This document shows positions 1 to 10,094 of a stretch of 64,000 bases of DNA, piece after piece. The stretch's first letter is position 1; each line of letters opens with the position of its first letter. The DNA is from an uncultured Gemmatimonadaceae bacterium (GTDB taxonomy: Bacteria > Gemmatimonadota > Gemmatimonadetes > Gemmatimonadales > Gemmatimonadaceae), in contig CAWHHI010000016.1 in the NCBI GenBank assembly GCA_963829055.1, positions 160,001 through 224,000 of the forward strand, in the 5' to 3' direction. A program made the translations under genes and the position numbers. Below the pieces are notes generated by a model. It had not been told where the DNA came from. It was given only the letters and a program-made list of their open reading frames with translations, and made no database searches.

Positions 1-178
1 TGGCGGCCAGCGCATCGCGCACGAGTGCCGCGATCACATTGGCCGACCGCTCCGCCTCGCCGGGACGCACCGCACTGCCGGCGCCCTCCACGGACACGAT
101 CTCGCGGCCTTGGTCATCCGCGACGAGCACACGCGTGCGCGTCCCGCCTCCGTCTACGCCGACGACGATGGCGCTCAT
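1..178 (-). CDS. BadF/BadG/BcrA/BcrD-family ATPase, probable N-acetylglucosamine kinase (partial; runs off the window start)
   Basis: Manual translation from ATG 178: MSAIVVGVDGGGTRTRVLVADDQGREIVSVEGAGS..., containing the GVDGGGT phosphate-1 motif. The start overlaps the stop of the symporter (ATGA). Confidence 0.8.
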   Translation of the reverse strand, partial: MSAIVVGVDGGGTRTRVLVADDQGREIVSVEGAGSAVRPGEAERSANVIAALVRDALAA

Positions 179-1725
179 GTACGCGCCTCGCTGGGCTGAA
201 CGACAGTGGCGGGAGCCGCGTGCGTGAACGACGAGAGAATTCCAGTAGCCATTGTGAGTGTGGTTCCGATCAGAACGTACCAGGGCCAGGCAATGGACGC
301 GAATGGTGCGAGCGGTTCGGCGAGTGCGGGAACCCACGTGCCGATCTGCCGAGCAAATACCACGAAGCTCATCGCGGCAATGCCGACGCTCATCCCGGTG
401 ATCGCGTCGCGCTGGTTGGCGCGCGCCCAGAATACGCCGAGAAAAAACCCGCCGAGCAGTCCGCCGTACGTGAACGACGCGATGCCGAGCGCGACCACGA
501 CGACCGGTGTGCCGTTCTCGCGGAACAGTAGCGCGCCTAACGTCAGAACGGTACCCCAGACGAGCGCGAAGAGCTTGCTCATGCGCAACGTCTCTGGTGA
601 GTCGGCGGAACGCTTCGTCAGCGGCAGGTAGATGTCGTGCGTGGTTGCCGCGGCCAGCGAGTTGATTGCACCGGAGTGCGTGCTCATCGTCGCGGCAACG
701 ACAGCGGCGATGATCAGCCCGACGAGTCCGGGCGGCATGCGCGCAATGATGAACGACGGAAAGATCTCGTCGGTGGTCGTGAAGGGGCGTCCCTGATAGA
801 ACGCCCAGAGTCCCAGACCGATGACCAGGAAGAGCGTGAACTGCACGAATACGACGAGCCCACTGCCAATGATTGCCTTCTGCGCATCTTTGAGATTCCG
901 CGCGGACAGCAACCGCTGCACGATGAGCTGATCGGTCCCGTGCGACGCCATCGCCAGGAACGCGCCGCCGATGAGACCCGCCCAGATGGTGTGGGCGCGA
1001 TCGAATCCCCAGTAGGTGTCGATCACGCGCAGTTTGCCCGCGGTGCTCGCCTGATCGACGATCGACGACCAGCCGCCAGTCACGGCGTGGCCGAGCAGCA
1101 CGATCGCGGACAATGCGCCAAGCAGGTAGATGCTCGCCTGCAGCAGCTCGGTCCACACGACCGCCTTCATGCCACCGCGGTACGTGTACAACACGGTGAG
1201 CGCGCCGAGGATGAGAATCGCGACGGGCATCACGAGCCCCTTGTTGCTAACGGTCGGGCTGATGATGAGCGCGATCGGAATGGCGGTCGCGAACACGCGC
1301 ACCGAATCGGCGAGTGCGCGCGTCACCATGAACACGATCGACGTGAAACGCCGCGCGCCAATACCGAACCGCTGCTCGAGCAAGGCGTAGGCGGTGACCA
1401 TCTTGCCCTTGAAGTACCGCGGCAGGAGGACAGTCGCGACGACGATGCGGCCAAGGATGTAGCCAGCGACGATCTGAAGGAATCCAAGATTCCCGGCGCC
1501 CGGCGCCGACCCGTAGGACAGTCCCGGTGTGCTGATGAATGTGAGCGCGCTCGTTTCCGTCGCCACGATCGACAGCATCAGTGCCCACCATGGGATGCTG
1601 TGGCTGGCGACGAAATAGTCCGTTGCGTTTTTCTGTTTGCGCCCGAGATACATCCCGAGCGCGGTGACGCCGGCGAGGTAGATGATGAGGACGAACGCGT
1701 CGAGCCAGGTGAAGGTGCTCGTCAC
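175..1725 (-). CDS. Sodium:solute symporter (SSS) family transporter
   Basis: 516 aa with many TM segments; motifs DYFVAS..IPWWA..SIVATETSALTFISTPG, GGMKAVVWTE and DQLIVQRLL. Confidence 0.92.
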   Translation of the reverse strand: MTSTFTWLDAFVLIIYLAGVTALGMYLGRKQKNATDYFVASHSIPWWALMLSIVATETSALTFISTPGLSYGSAPGAGNLGFLQIVAGYILGRIVVATVLLPRYFKGKMVTAYALLEQRFGIGARRFTSIVFMVTRALADSVRVFATAIPIALIISPTVSNKGLVMPVAILILGALTVLYTYRGGMKAVVWTELLQASIYLLGALSAIVLLGHAVTGGWSSIVDQASTAGKLRVIDTYWGFDRAHTIWAGLIGGAFLAMASHGTDQLIVQRLLSARNLKDAQKAIIGSGLVVFVQFTLFLVIGLGLWAFYQGRPFTTTDEIFPSFIIARMPPGLVGLIIAAVVAATMSTHSGAINSLAAATTHDIYLPLTKRSADSPETLRMSKLFALVWGTVLTLGALLFRENGTPVVVVALGIASFTYGGLLGGFFLGVFWARANQRDAITGMSVGIAAMSFVVFARQIGTWVPALAEPLAPFASIAWPWYVLIGTTLTMATGILSSFTHAAPATVVQPSEART

Positions 1726-1764
1726 GCGCCGACCTCGTGGTCGGCGAAGGCGCTCGAGTGGGCG

Positions 1765-3771
1765 TCAGGCAACGACATACGCCTCCATCGCGAAGTACTC
1801 CGCGAGACCGAGCCGGTCGAGCGTGGCCGCCGTGTCCTTGTTGCGCTGTTCGACGCGCTGCCAGAATTCGCGCTCATCCTGCCCGGGGAAGGGTGCCGAG
1901 TCTTTCTGGGACTGATGCTTGAAGATCGCCTGGATCTTGAGTCGCAACTCCTCCTGCGACATGGGAACGAGGTACGTCGCGTCCGTGACCGGCCATTCCT
2001 GCCACGCGCCGCGATAGAGCCAGACCTCGGGGCCTGGGCCGCGCGGACCTGGATCGGTAGCTCGCCGCTGCTGGGTTGTCGCCGCGTCGGCTGCGGGTTC
2101 CCGGTTTCCCGTTCCCGCTCGACGAAGCTCGTCCAAGGCTCCGTCGATGGCCTCCTTGCACATTCGGTGAGTGCCGTGCGGATCGGAGAGGTCGCCGGCG
2201 ACGAAGATGATGTCCGGGTCGATCTCTTCGAGCAGCGCGCGCACGATCGCCACATCCGGCGGGCCGATCGGATCCTTCGCCACCTTTCCCGTCTGGTAGA
2301 ACGGCAGGTTGAGGAACCTCGCATGTTCCCGCGTTAGGCCCATGACCTCCAGTCCGCTCACCGCTTCCGCCTCGCGGATCACGCGCTTGATGTCCTGAAT
2401 CTCCGGAATGTCGACGTCGCCGGCGCGCTTGTCGCGCAGGAAGTCGTGCACCTTCTTCGCCAACGCACCGACTGCGTCCGCATCGACCTTGCCTTCGGCG
2501 GCAAGTCGCTCGAGGAAGTCCACGTAGCGCCGCACGTCGTGATCGAACACGGCGATGTTGCCGCTCGTCATGTAGGCGACGGTAATGTGATTCTCGTTCT
2601 CGACGAGCTTCCGAAGGATGCCGCCCATCGAGATGACGTCGTCGTCCGGATGCGGCGAGAAGCAGATGATGCGCTTCTCGCGCGGCAGTTTGCTCTTGCC
2701 GCGGATCTTCGCTCCGAGTGTGTTGAAGACCTCGCCGTTCACGGCGCCCGGCGTGCCGTAGCGCGCGACGAGCGACGACATCTTGTGTTCCGCGTAATCG
2801 CGCTGCGTGAGCTTGAGGATGCCGCGGCCCACTGTCGTGGACAGCCAGACGACTCCGCGTACCGTCAGAGCGGGCGTCCAGTCCACCTGGTCGAGGAGCC
2901 AGGGAGTCGCGATGCGCGTGAGGTCGGCGCCGGCCGCACGGTCGACGTAGAACGTCGTGTTGCCGTGGCCCTGCAGGAACGTGGCGGCAACCTCGACGTC
3001 GGTCTCTCCCTCCACCGCGCGCCTAACGACTGGTGCCTTGTGCTCGCCGGTCGCGAGAATGGCGATCTCACGGGCTTCGAGAATCGTCGCGATGCCCATG
3101 GTCAGCGCTTCGCGTGGCACGAAGTCCTCGCCGAAGAAATCGGCGGCGGCATCGCGACGAGTGATGGCGTCGAGCATCACGAGCCGCGTTCGGCTCTCGA
3201 CGCCCGACCCGGGCTCGTTGAAGCCGATGTGGCCCGTCTTGCCGATGCCGAGAATCTGGAAGTCGATCCCACCCGCCCGAGCGATCGAGTCCTCATAGCG
3301 ACGACACTCATCATCGACGTCCTCGCGCGCGACGTCGCCGCGTGGCACGTAGACGTTGCGGGGGTCGATATCGATGTGCGAGAACAGATTCTCCCACATG
3401 AAGCGCCTGTAGGAGTGGATGCTGTCCGGGCGCATGGGGTAGTACTCGTCGAGGTTGAACGAGACCACTCCTTCGAAGCTCAGCCCCTCTTCGCGATGCA
3501 TGCGAATCAGCTCGCGGTACACACCGATGGGGGTCGAGCCGGTCGCGAGGCCGAGCACGGTGCGCTCACCCGCCGCCTGCTTCTCCGTGATCAGCGTCGC
3601 GATGCGATTGGCGACGAGCCGAGCGATGTGCTGGTGGTCGTCGACGACGATCGTGCGGATCTTCTCGAGGGACGACGCTGCCGGGTGCGCTAAACGAGAA
3701 GGCCCGCGACTCGTGGAAGGATCGCGGGCCTCGCTCGAAACGCCGGCGTCCAGATGGGCAACCGGACTCAC
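1765..3771 (-). CDS. nagB: Glucosamine-6-phosphate deaminase with C-terminal PIG-L/LmbE-like deacetylase domain
   Basis: VLGLATGSTP, FNLDEYYP and GIGKTGHIGFNEPGS, followed by FSPHPDDDVISMGG and DLSDPHGTH. Start codon uncertain. Confidence 0.92.
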   Translation of the reverse strand: MSPVAHLDAGVSSEARDPSTSRGPSRLAHPAASSLEKIRTIVVDDHQHIARLVANRIATLITEKQAAGERTVLGLATGSTPIGVYRELIRMHREEGLSFEGVVSFNLDEYYPMRPDSIHSYRRFMWENLFSHIDIDPRNVYVPRGDVAREDVDDECRRYEDSIARAGGIDFQILGIGKTGHIGFNEPGSGVESRTRLVMLDAITRRDAAADFFGEDFVPREALTMGIATILEAREIAILATGEHKAPVVRRAVEGETDVEVAATFLQGHGNTTFYVDRAAGADLTRIATPWLLDQVDWTPALTVRGVVWLSTTVGRGILKLTQRDYAEHKMSSLVARYGTPGAVNGEVFNTLGAKIRGKSKLPREKRIICFSPHPDDDVISMGGILRKLVENENHITVAYMTSGNIAVFDHDVRRYVDFLERLAAEGKVDADAVGALAKKVHDFLRDKRAGDVDIPEIQDIKRVIREAEAVSGLEVMGLTREHARFLNLPFYQTGKVAKDPIGPPDVAIVRALLEEIDPDIIFVAGDLSDPHGTHRMCKEAIDGALDELRRAGTGNREPAADAATTQQRRATDPGPRGPGPEVWLYRGAWQEWPVTDATYLVPMSQEELRLKIQAIFKHQSQKDSAPFPGQDEREFWQRVEQRNKDTAATLDRLGLAEYFAMEAYVVA

Positions 3772-3786
3772 GCTGGATTTACCTCG

Positions 3787-4143
3787 TCACGCGTTGAACG
3801 AGCTGCCGCACCCGCAGCCGCCCGTGGCGTTCGGATTCTTGAAGGTGAAACCCGAGCCCTGCATCGACGAGACGTAATCGATCGTGACGCCGCTCAGATA
3901 CTGGGCAGAGAACGGATCGACGAACACGCGGAAACCGCTCATGTCGACGACGAAATCATCGTCCGCGGCCTGATCCTCGATCAGCAGGCCGTACTTGAAT
4001 CCGCTACAGCCGCCCGGCTGAACGCTGACGCGCAGGCCGCCCTTCTCGGCAGGCACGCCCTCGGCGTCCATGAACCGCAGGACCTCGGTGGCAGCCACCG
4101 GTGTCACCACGATTGCCAGGGTTGGCTCCTGAATCGTGCTCAT
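3787..4143 (-). CDS. HesB/IscA/ErpA-family iron-sulfur cluster assembly accessory protein
   Basis: GGCSGFKY and NPNATGGCGCGSSF motifs; GGAGG RBS upstream of ATG 4143. Confidence 0.93.
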   Translation of the reverse strand: MSTIQEPTLAIVVTPVAATEVLRFMDAEGVPAEKGGLRVSVQPGGCSGFKYGLLIEDQAADDDFVVDMSGFRVFVDPFSAQYLSGVTIDYVSSMQGSGFTFKNPNATGGCGCGSSFNA

Positions 4144-4289
4144 TGACAACCTCCTCACTGTTAGCGCGGCCGCGCGGCCAAGTGCTCACGCTGCCGGTAC
4201 GCCGCAAATATAGCCAGCACAAAACGGTCCAACAAGCAGCTTAACGCTGGAGCGACAACCCGTTAGACGCTGCCAACGCCATCCTCCGA

Positions 4290-6101
4290 TCAATCGGCCG
4301 GAACCGCTGTCGCCGACTCCGGGACTGCCTCATCTGCCATGCGGTCACTGCGAAACGACCGCGCGATCCAGGCGAAAGCCGCAGCCGCTATCGCAAGCAG
4401 TCCGATTCCGGCCCCCAACTGTCCGAACACGAGCTTGCCGAGGCCGAATAACGTGGCGTACACCGCGATGACGCCGGCGATCCAGTTCGTCCATGCGAGC
4501 GCACCGCCGGGTATCGACTCGCGGCCATAGCCTAGCCGTTCCGAGACCGCGCGCCACCCGGGACCACCCGGCCGCACCCGCCGATAAAAAGAATCGAGTG
4601 TCGCTGCCGGTTCGGGGCTGGTGAGGAACGTCGTGGCCACCCAGGCAACGGTCGTCACCGCAACGGTGCTGATCATGACCCAGGCCGTCGCGTTAGGGTC
4701 GCCGGCCGGGAAACGCGGCGGGATGAGGCGCATGAACACGAGCGACCCGAGGAACGACACGACCATCGCGCTGATCTCGCTCCAGGCGTTGATGCGCCAC
4801 CAGTACCACCGGAGAATCAGCACCAGACCCGTGCCTGCACCCATGGCGAGCAGGAACTCCCATGCTTTCTCCACCGACGTGAGCTGCGACGTCACACCGA
4901 TGGACGCCAGGAATAGCGCGACCGTCGCTGTGCGACCGACGTTCACGTAGTGCTTCTGCGTCGCGTCCTTCCGGATGAAGCGCTTGTAGAAGTCGTTGAC
5001 GAGGTACGACGCTCCCCAGTTGAGATGCGTACCGATCGTCGACATGTACGCCGCGGCGAATCCGGCGAGCATGAAGCCCCGCCACGGCGTGGGCAGCAGA
5101 TCCACGAACGCGTGCACGTAGCCGGCTTCCTTGTCCTGCAGCGTGGGGTAGAGAATCACCGTCGCGAGACCGGTGATGATCCACGGCCACGGGCGCAGGG
5201 CATAGTGTGCAACCTGGAAGAAGAGCGTCGCGAGGACGCCGTCGCGCTCCGTCTTCGCCGAGAAGATGCGCTGGGCGACGTAGCCGCCACCGCCTGGCTC
5301 CGCGCCGGGGTAATAGGCGGCCCACCACTGCATGGACAGGAACACCGAGAGCGCCAGCAGCGGCATCCAGGCATACGCCTCGAGCCCGTTAGGCGTCACA
5401 CGCACGGGCAACACGGAAATCGCGGCGGTCTCGCTGCCGAAGTGCTTCGTGACCCCGGCGATCAGCGCGTCCATGCCGCCCACCGCCTTCACGGAGTAGA
5501 TCGCCAGCACGATCACCGCCGACATCTTGATCACGAACTGAATGAGGTCAGTCCAGAGCACGGCCCACAGTCCGGCCGCTGACGAATAGGCGACCGTGAT
5601 GACGAAGCAGATCCCGACCGCCACGAATGGCGAGATACCTAACGAGATCGTCAGGATCTTGATCATCGCTCTCGTCACCCAACCCATGATGATGAGGTTG
5701 ATGGCGATGCCGAGGTAGAGTGCGCGGAACCCGCGCAGAAACGCCGCCGGCCGGCCGCTGTATCGGATCTCGGCGAACTCGACATCCGTCATGACGCGCG
5801 CTCGGCGCCACAGCCGCGCGAAGAAGAACACGGTGAGCATCCCGCTCATTACCATGTTCCACCACAGCCAGTTGCCGGCGACGCCCTTGGTGGCGACGAG
5901 CCCCGTGACGACCAGCGGAGTGTCCGCGGCGAACGTCGTCGCGACCATGGCCGCGCCCGCGAGCCACCAGGGCACCTGCCGCCCGGAAAGAAAATATTCC
6001 TCGAGGCTCTCACCCCCTCGCTTCGTGAAGATGAAGCCGATGACGGTCGAGAGCGCGAAGTAGCCGACGACAATGGCCCAATCGATCGCAGTGATGTTCA
6101 T
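4290..6101 (-). CDS. Sodium:solute symporter (SSS) family transporter
   Basis: 603-aa polytopic membrane protein; EYFLSGRQVPWW, MVATTFAADTPL and GGGYVAQRIFSAK. Confidence 0.9.
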   Translation of the reverse strand: MNITAIDWAIVVGYFALSTVIGFIFTKRGGESLEEYFLSGRQVPWWLAGAAMVATTFAADTPLVVTGLVATKGVAGNWLWWNMVMSGMLTVFFFARLWRRARVMTDVEFAEIRYSGRPAAFLRGFRALYLGIAINLIIMGWVTRAMIKILTISLGISPFVAVGICFVITVAYSSAAGLWAVLWTDLIQFVIKMSAVIVLAIYSVKAVGGMDALIAGVTKHFGSETAAISVLPVRVTPNGLEAYAWMPLLALSVFLSMQWWAAYYPGAEPGGGGYVAQRIFSAKTERDGVLATLFFQVAHYALRPWPWIITGLATVILYPTLQDKEAGYVHAFVDLLPTPWRGFMLAGFAAAYMSTIGTHLNWGASYLVNDFYKRFIRKDATQKHYVNVGRTATVALFLASIGVTSQLTSVEKAWEFLLAMGAGTGLVLILRWYWWRINAWSEISAMVVSFLGSLVFMRLIPPRFPAGDPNATAWVMISTVAVTTVAWVATTFLTSPEPAATLDSFYRRVRPGGPGWRAVSERLGYGRESIPGGALAWTNWIAGVIAVYATLFGLGKLVFGQLGAGIGLLAIAAAAFAWIARSFRSDRMADEAVPESATAVPAD

Positions 6102-7327
6102 CGAGGGGAAGGTGATGACGGTGAAGAGGGCGCGCTTTGATCCAGAACGCGAACGACGAGGTCAGCGAGCGCGACGCGCACGCCGCCGATGCGAAGGTTC
6201 TGGCGCGTGGGATTCACGCGGTTCGTCAGGAGGATAACGAACAGATCACGCGACGGGTCTACCCAGATGGACGTTCCAGTGAATCCGGTGTGCCCGAAGG
6301 CCGGGCGCTTGAGCAGGTGTCCGGCCGAGTTCGTGCCGTTAGGCGTCTCCCACCCGAGCGCGCGGTTCGACAGTGCCGAATCCTGCACGGTGGTGAAGCG
6401 CCGAATGGATTCGGCCGACACGATGCGGACGCCGTCGAGCGTTCCGCCGTTCAGGTACATGCGGGTCAGCCGCGCGACGTCATGGCCCGTGCTGAAGAGT
6501 CCAGCGTGCCCCGACACGCCGCCAAGGGCGAACGCATTCTCGTCGTGGACCTCGCCGCGGATCTGCCGCTGGCGCCAGGGGTCGAATTCCGTTGGCGCAA
6601 TGCGCGGCAGCAGGTCCTTGCCGGGCCGATACCGCGTGGACGTCATTCCGAGCGGGCCGAATACGTGGCGGGTCAGATACTCGTCGAGCTGTTCGCCCGA
6701 CACGCGCTCGACGACCTGCCCTAGAATGATCGCGCCGAGATCGCTGTAGACCATGCGCACGCCAGGCAGCGTGTCGAGGGCGGTCGCGACCGCGAGTGCG
6801 CGCGCCTCCGTGGGCGTCGTCGTTTCCTTGTACAGCGGACGCCATCCGGGCAGCCCGGACGAATGTGTCAGCAGATGCCTAACAGTGACGCGCTCCTTGC
6901 CGGGTCCTCGAAACTCCGGGAGATACCGCTGGACGGGGGCGTCCAGCTCGACCTTTCCTGCTTCCGTCAGTTGCATCATGGCGGACGTCATCCCGACCAC
7001 CTTGGTCAGGGACGCCATGTCCCAGAGCGTGTTCTCGTCAGGACGAGGCGACGCGGCCCAGTCCAGCGATCCGGCGCCGTACTCGACCAGCACGCCTTCG
7101 TGGTTCCCGATAACAGCGAAGGCGCCGGGGAACGCACTATCGGCTCTCGCACGATCGAGCAGCGCCTGCACCGAGTCGCGAAGCGACGCGATCGTGGCCA
7201 CGCTTGGCTTGGGGTGGCGCGCCGCCGGGCCTGGATCGGGGGCTTGGGCGTTCGTGAGGGTCGCTGCGTTCGCCGTGCAGCCGGCTGCAGCCATGACGGC
7301 TACCAGTGCCCAGTTACGCGAAGTCAT
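6098..7327 (-). CDS. Serine hydrolase, beta-lactamase class C-like family, probable lipoprotein
   Basis: SxxK (ASLTK), HLLTHSSGL, YSD and FGHTGFTGT motifs; lipobox-like AAGC after ATG 7327. Confidence 0.88.
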   Translation of the reverse strand: MTSRNWALVAVMAAAGCTANAATLTNAQAPDPGPAARHPKPSVATIASLRDSVQALLDRARADSAFPGAFAVIGNHEGVLVEYGAGSLDWAASPRPDENTLWDMASLTKVVGMTSAMMQLTEAGKVELDAPVQRYLPEFRGPGKERVTVRHLLTHSSGLPGWRPLYKETTTPTEARALAVATALDTLPGVRMVYSDLGAIILGQVVERVSGEQLDEYLTRHVFGPLGMTSTRYRPGKDLLPRIAPTEFDPWRQRQIRGEVHDENAFALGGVSGHAGLFSTGHDVARLTRMYLNGGTLDGVRIVSAESIRRFTTVQDSALSNRALGWETPNGTNSAGHLLKRPAFGHTGFTGTSIWVDPSRDLFVILLTNRVNPTRQNLRIGGVRVALADLVVRVLDQSAPSSPSSPSPR

Positions 7328-7458
7328 CACCGAGGGCTGAAGTTGGCAGGACGATCTGGCAGTCGGGACTGGATCGCCGTAAAGTGCCCAGCGCGCACAC
7401 GTCTTGCAAATTCGTAGCGGCTGAGGCCGACTCTTCGCACCAACGTTTGGAGGCAATC

Positions 7459-7794
7459 ATGAAAGGTTTGCTGGCGGGATTGTTGTTTGCGGTGGCCGCT
7501 GCGTGCGGTGGCCGCCAGGTAAAAGTCGAGACAGCCCCGAAGCCCGCCGGGCCCGCGGCCGTGGTCGTGCATTTCACCAACAGTGACAACAGCGCCGTCA
7601 ACGTGTACGTCGTCAATGGCGGTAGTGACCTGTTTCTCAAGCAGGTGGCCGCAAACAGCACAGAGGACCTGTCCGTCGCCGGCATCGCCTCCGGAACGCA
7701 GGCTCGGCTCAAAGCCACGCGGACAGACGGGAGCAAGACGTACACGAGTGACCCGATGGCGCTCAGCGCCACGACGACATGGCGGGTGCCCTGA
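7459..7794 (+). CDS. Hypothetical lipoprotein
   Basis: GGAGG RBS; MKGLLAGLLFAVAAAC signal peptide with lipobox; beta-rich mature part. Confidence 0.7.
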   Translation: MKGLLAGLLFAVAAACGGRQVKVETAPKPAGPAAVVVHFTNSDNSAVNVYVVNGGSDLFLKQVAANSTEDLSVAGIASGTQARLKATRTDGSKTYTSDPMALSATTTWRVP

Positions 7795-7978
7795 ATCGCC
7801 GCTGGCCTGAGCACTAGGTAAGGGTTGTGACAACGACCTGAATCTCTTTAACTTTGCGGGGCTTGGACCACGCCAGGCCCCGGGTCGCCTGGGAGCCGCA
7901 ATCATGGGTCGCAGGCGCGTGCGCCGGGGCGGCCGTAGCCCGGTTCTGCATACACGGCCCACCCTCTACCCGCGCGGC

Positions 7979-8734
7979 ATGAAGATCCTCTGGGAATGGA
8001 TTCAACGGGGATATCTGCGGGTCATTGAGCCCGTCGCCGACTTCTTCGTTCGCAAGCGGGTCAATCCAAACACCATCACGACCGTCGGCACGCTGTGCTC
8101 CATTGCCGCCGGCGTCATCTACGCGACCGGCCACATCAAGACGGCCGGGTGGGTCCTGGGACTCACGGCGCTCTTCGATGTCCTCGACGGGACGGTTGCC
8201 CGACGGACCGGCCGTTCCACCGTGTTCGGCGCCTTCTACGATTCGACGCTCGACCGCGTTGCCGACGGTGCCGTGCTCGGCGGCCTCGCGATCTTCTTCG
8301 CCCGGAACCACATCCATCACCTCATTCCCTCGTGGGCCGGCACTCCAATGGTCGGGGTCATCCTGCTTGGCATCATCGGTACGTTTCTCACGTCGTACAC
8401 TCGAGCTCGCGCCGAGTCGCTGGGCATTGATGCCAAGGTCGGCATCATGCAGCGCCCAGAGCGCGTAACGTTGCTCTCGGCGCCGCAGGCCTTCTTCGGG
8501 CTCGTGTTCAACGGCTGGGTTCTCATCGCCATCGTGCTGCTGCTGTCGGTCACCGCTTGGATCACGGCGATCCAGCGCATCGTCTTCGTGTACCACGCCA
8601 CCAAATCCCTCCCGCTGGAGCAGCTCGAGTCAATGCGCGAGGTGCCGCGTTTCACGCCGGATCAATCGCAGCCGCCGATTGCCGGTGAACAGAACCGCCC
8701 GCGCCCCACACTCGGCGAAGCCGCCCCGCGTTGA
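7979..8734 (+). CDS. CDP-alcohol phosphatidyltransferase (PI/PIP synthase-like)
   Basis: NPNTIT, signature DVLDGTVARRTGRSTVFGAFYDSTLDRVAD, SYTRARAESLG and RPER. Confidence 0.92.
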   Translation: MKILWEWIQRGYLRVIEPVADFFVRKRVNPNTITTVGTLCSIAAGVIYATGHIKTAGWVLGLTALFDVLDGTVARRTGRSTVFGAFYDSTLDRVADGAVLGGLAIFFARNHIHHLIPSWAGTPMVGVILLGIIGTFLTSYTRARAESLGIDAKVGIMQRPERVTLLSAPQAFFGLVFNGWVLIAIVLLLSVTAWITAIQRIVFVYHATKSLPLEQLESMREVPRFTPDQSQPPIAGEQNRPRPTLGEAAPR

Positions 8735-8756
8735 GCTCGACCAGGAGACATTCTTC

Positions 8757-10094
8757 GTGCCGGGAAACAGTTCGGGGAGTTCGCGCAGCAACAACGTCGG
8801 TCCCGCGACGGGCCGCCTCGGGGTTCTGACTCCAGGGCTCGGAGCCGTCGCCACTACCTTCATTGCTGGCGTCGAGAGCGTACGTCGCGGGTTGACGAAG
8901 CCGATCGGCTCGCTGACGCAGATGGCGACGATCAGACTCGGAAAACGTACCGACAAGCGGTCGCCACTGATTCGCGATTTCGTTCCGCTCGCGAGCCTGG
9001 ACGATATCGTCTTCGGCGCCTGGGATCCCATTCCGGACGACGCGTACACCGCGGCGAAGAAAGCGGGCGTCCTGGAGGACAAGCATCTCGAGCCGATCGC
9101 GGATTTCCTTCGCGCGATCAAGCCGATGCCGGCCGTGTTCGAGAACCGCTACGTCACGCGCATCAACGGAACGAACGTCAAGCAGGGGAAGACGAAGCGC
9201 GACCTGGCCGAGCAGCTCCGCCACGATATCCGTGAGTTCAAGGCGAAGCACGGTCTCGATCGCGTCGTGTGCGTCTGGTGCGCGTCCACGGAGACGTACA
9301 TCAAGGCGGGACCGCCGCACGCGACGATCGAGCAGTTCGAAAAGGCCATGGAGCGCAACGACGATGCGATCGCGCCGTCGATGCTGTATGCCTGGGCGTG
9401 CATCATGGAAGGCGTGCCGTTCTGCAATGGGGCACCGAACCTGGCGGTGGATACGCCGGCGCTCATCCAGCTGGCGTTGGATCGAGGCGTGCCGATTTCG
9501 GGGAAGGACTTCAAGACCGGACAGACGTGGATGAAGACCGTCATCGCGCCCGGTCTGAAGGCGCGCATGCTCGGGCTCGCGGGCTGGTACTCGACGAACA
9601 TTCTCGGCAACCGCGACGGCGAGGTGCTCGACGACCCGGCCTCGTTCAAGACCAAGGAAGAGTCGAAGCTGTCGGTGCTGCACACGATCCTGCAGCCCGA
9701 GGTGTATCCCGAGCTCTACGACAAATTCTCGCACGTCGTCCGCATCAACTACTATCCGCCGCGCGGCGACAACAAGGAAGGCTGGGATAACATCGACATC
9801 GTCGGCTGGATGGGCTATCCGATGCAGATCAAGATCAACTTCCTGTGTCGGGATTCGATCCTCGCGGCGCCCATCGTCCTCGATCTTGCGTTGTTCTCGG
9901 ACTTCGCGCAGCGGGCGGGCATGAAGGGGATCCAGGAATGGCTATCGTTCTATTACAAGAGCCCAATGGCCGCAGCCGGGCTACAGCCGGAGCACGATCT
10001 GTTCATTCAGCAGACGAAGCTCAAGAACACCTTGCGGCACCTCATGGGCGAGGAGCAGATCACGCACCTCGGTCTCGAGTACTACGCGTCGTGA
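8757..10094 (+). CDS. ino1: Myo-inositol-1(3)-phosphate synthase
   Basis: GLGAVATT, GKDFKTGQT, WYSTNILGNRDG, DNKEGWDNIDI and RDSILAAP. GTG start chosen after an AGGAG RBS. Confidence 0.93.
   Translation: MPGNSSGSSRSNNVGPATGRLGVLTPGLGAVATTFIAGVESVRRGLTKPIGSLTQMATIRLGKRTDKRSPLIRDFVPLASLDDIVFGAWDPIPDDAYTAAKKAGVLEDKHLEPIADFLRAIKPMPAVFENRYVTRINGTNVKQGKTKRDLAEQLRHDIREFKAKHGLDRVVCVWCASTETYIKAGPPHATIEQFEKAMERNDDAIAPSMLYAWACIMEGVPFCNGAPNLAVDTPALIQLALDRGVPISGKDFKTGQTWMKTVIAPGLKARMLGLAGWYSTNILGNRDGEVLDDPASFKTKEESKLSVLHTILQPEVYPELYDKFSHVVRINYYPPRGDNKEGWDNIDIVGWMGYPMQIKINFLCRDSILAAPIVLDLALFSDFAQRAGMKGIQEWLSFYYKSPMAAAGLQPEHDLFIQQTKLKNTLRHLMGEEQITHLGLEYYAS

Noticed and set aside
6098..7327. Antibiotic-resistance beta-lactamase (also the MBL-fold gene at 18033-18704)
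   Set aside because: The motifs fit generic serine hydrolase and glyoxalase II-like families in housekeeping contexts. Nothing supports a resistance function.
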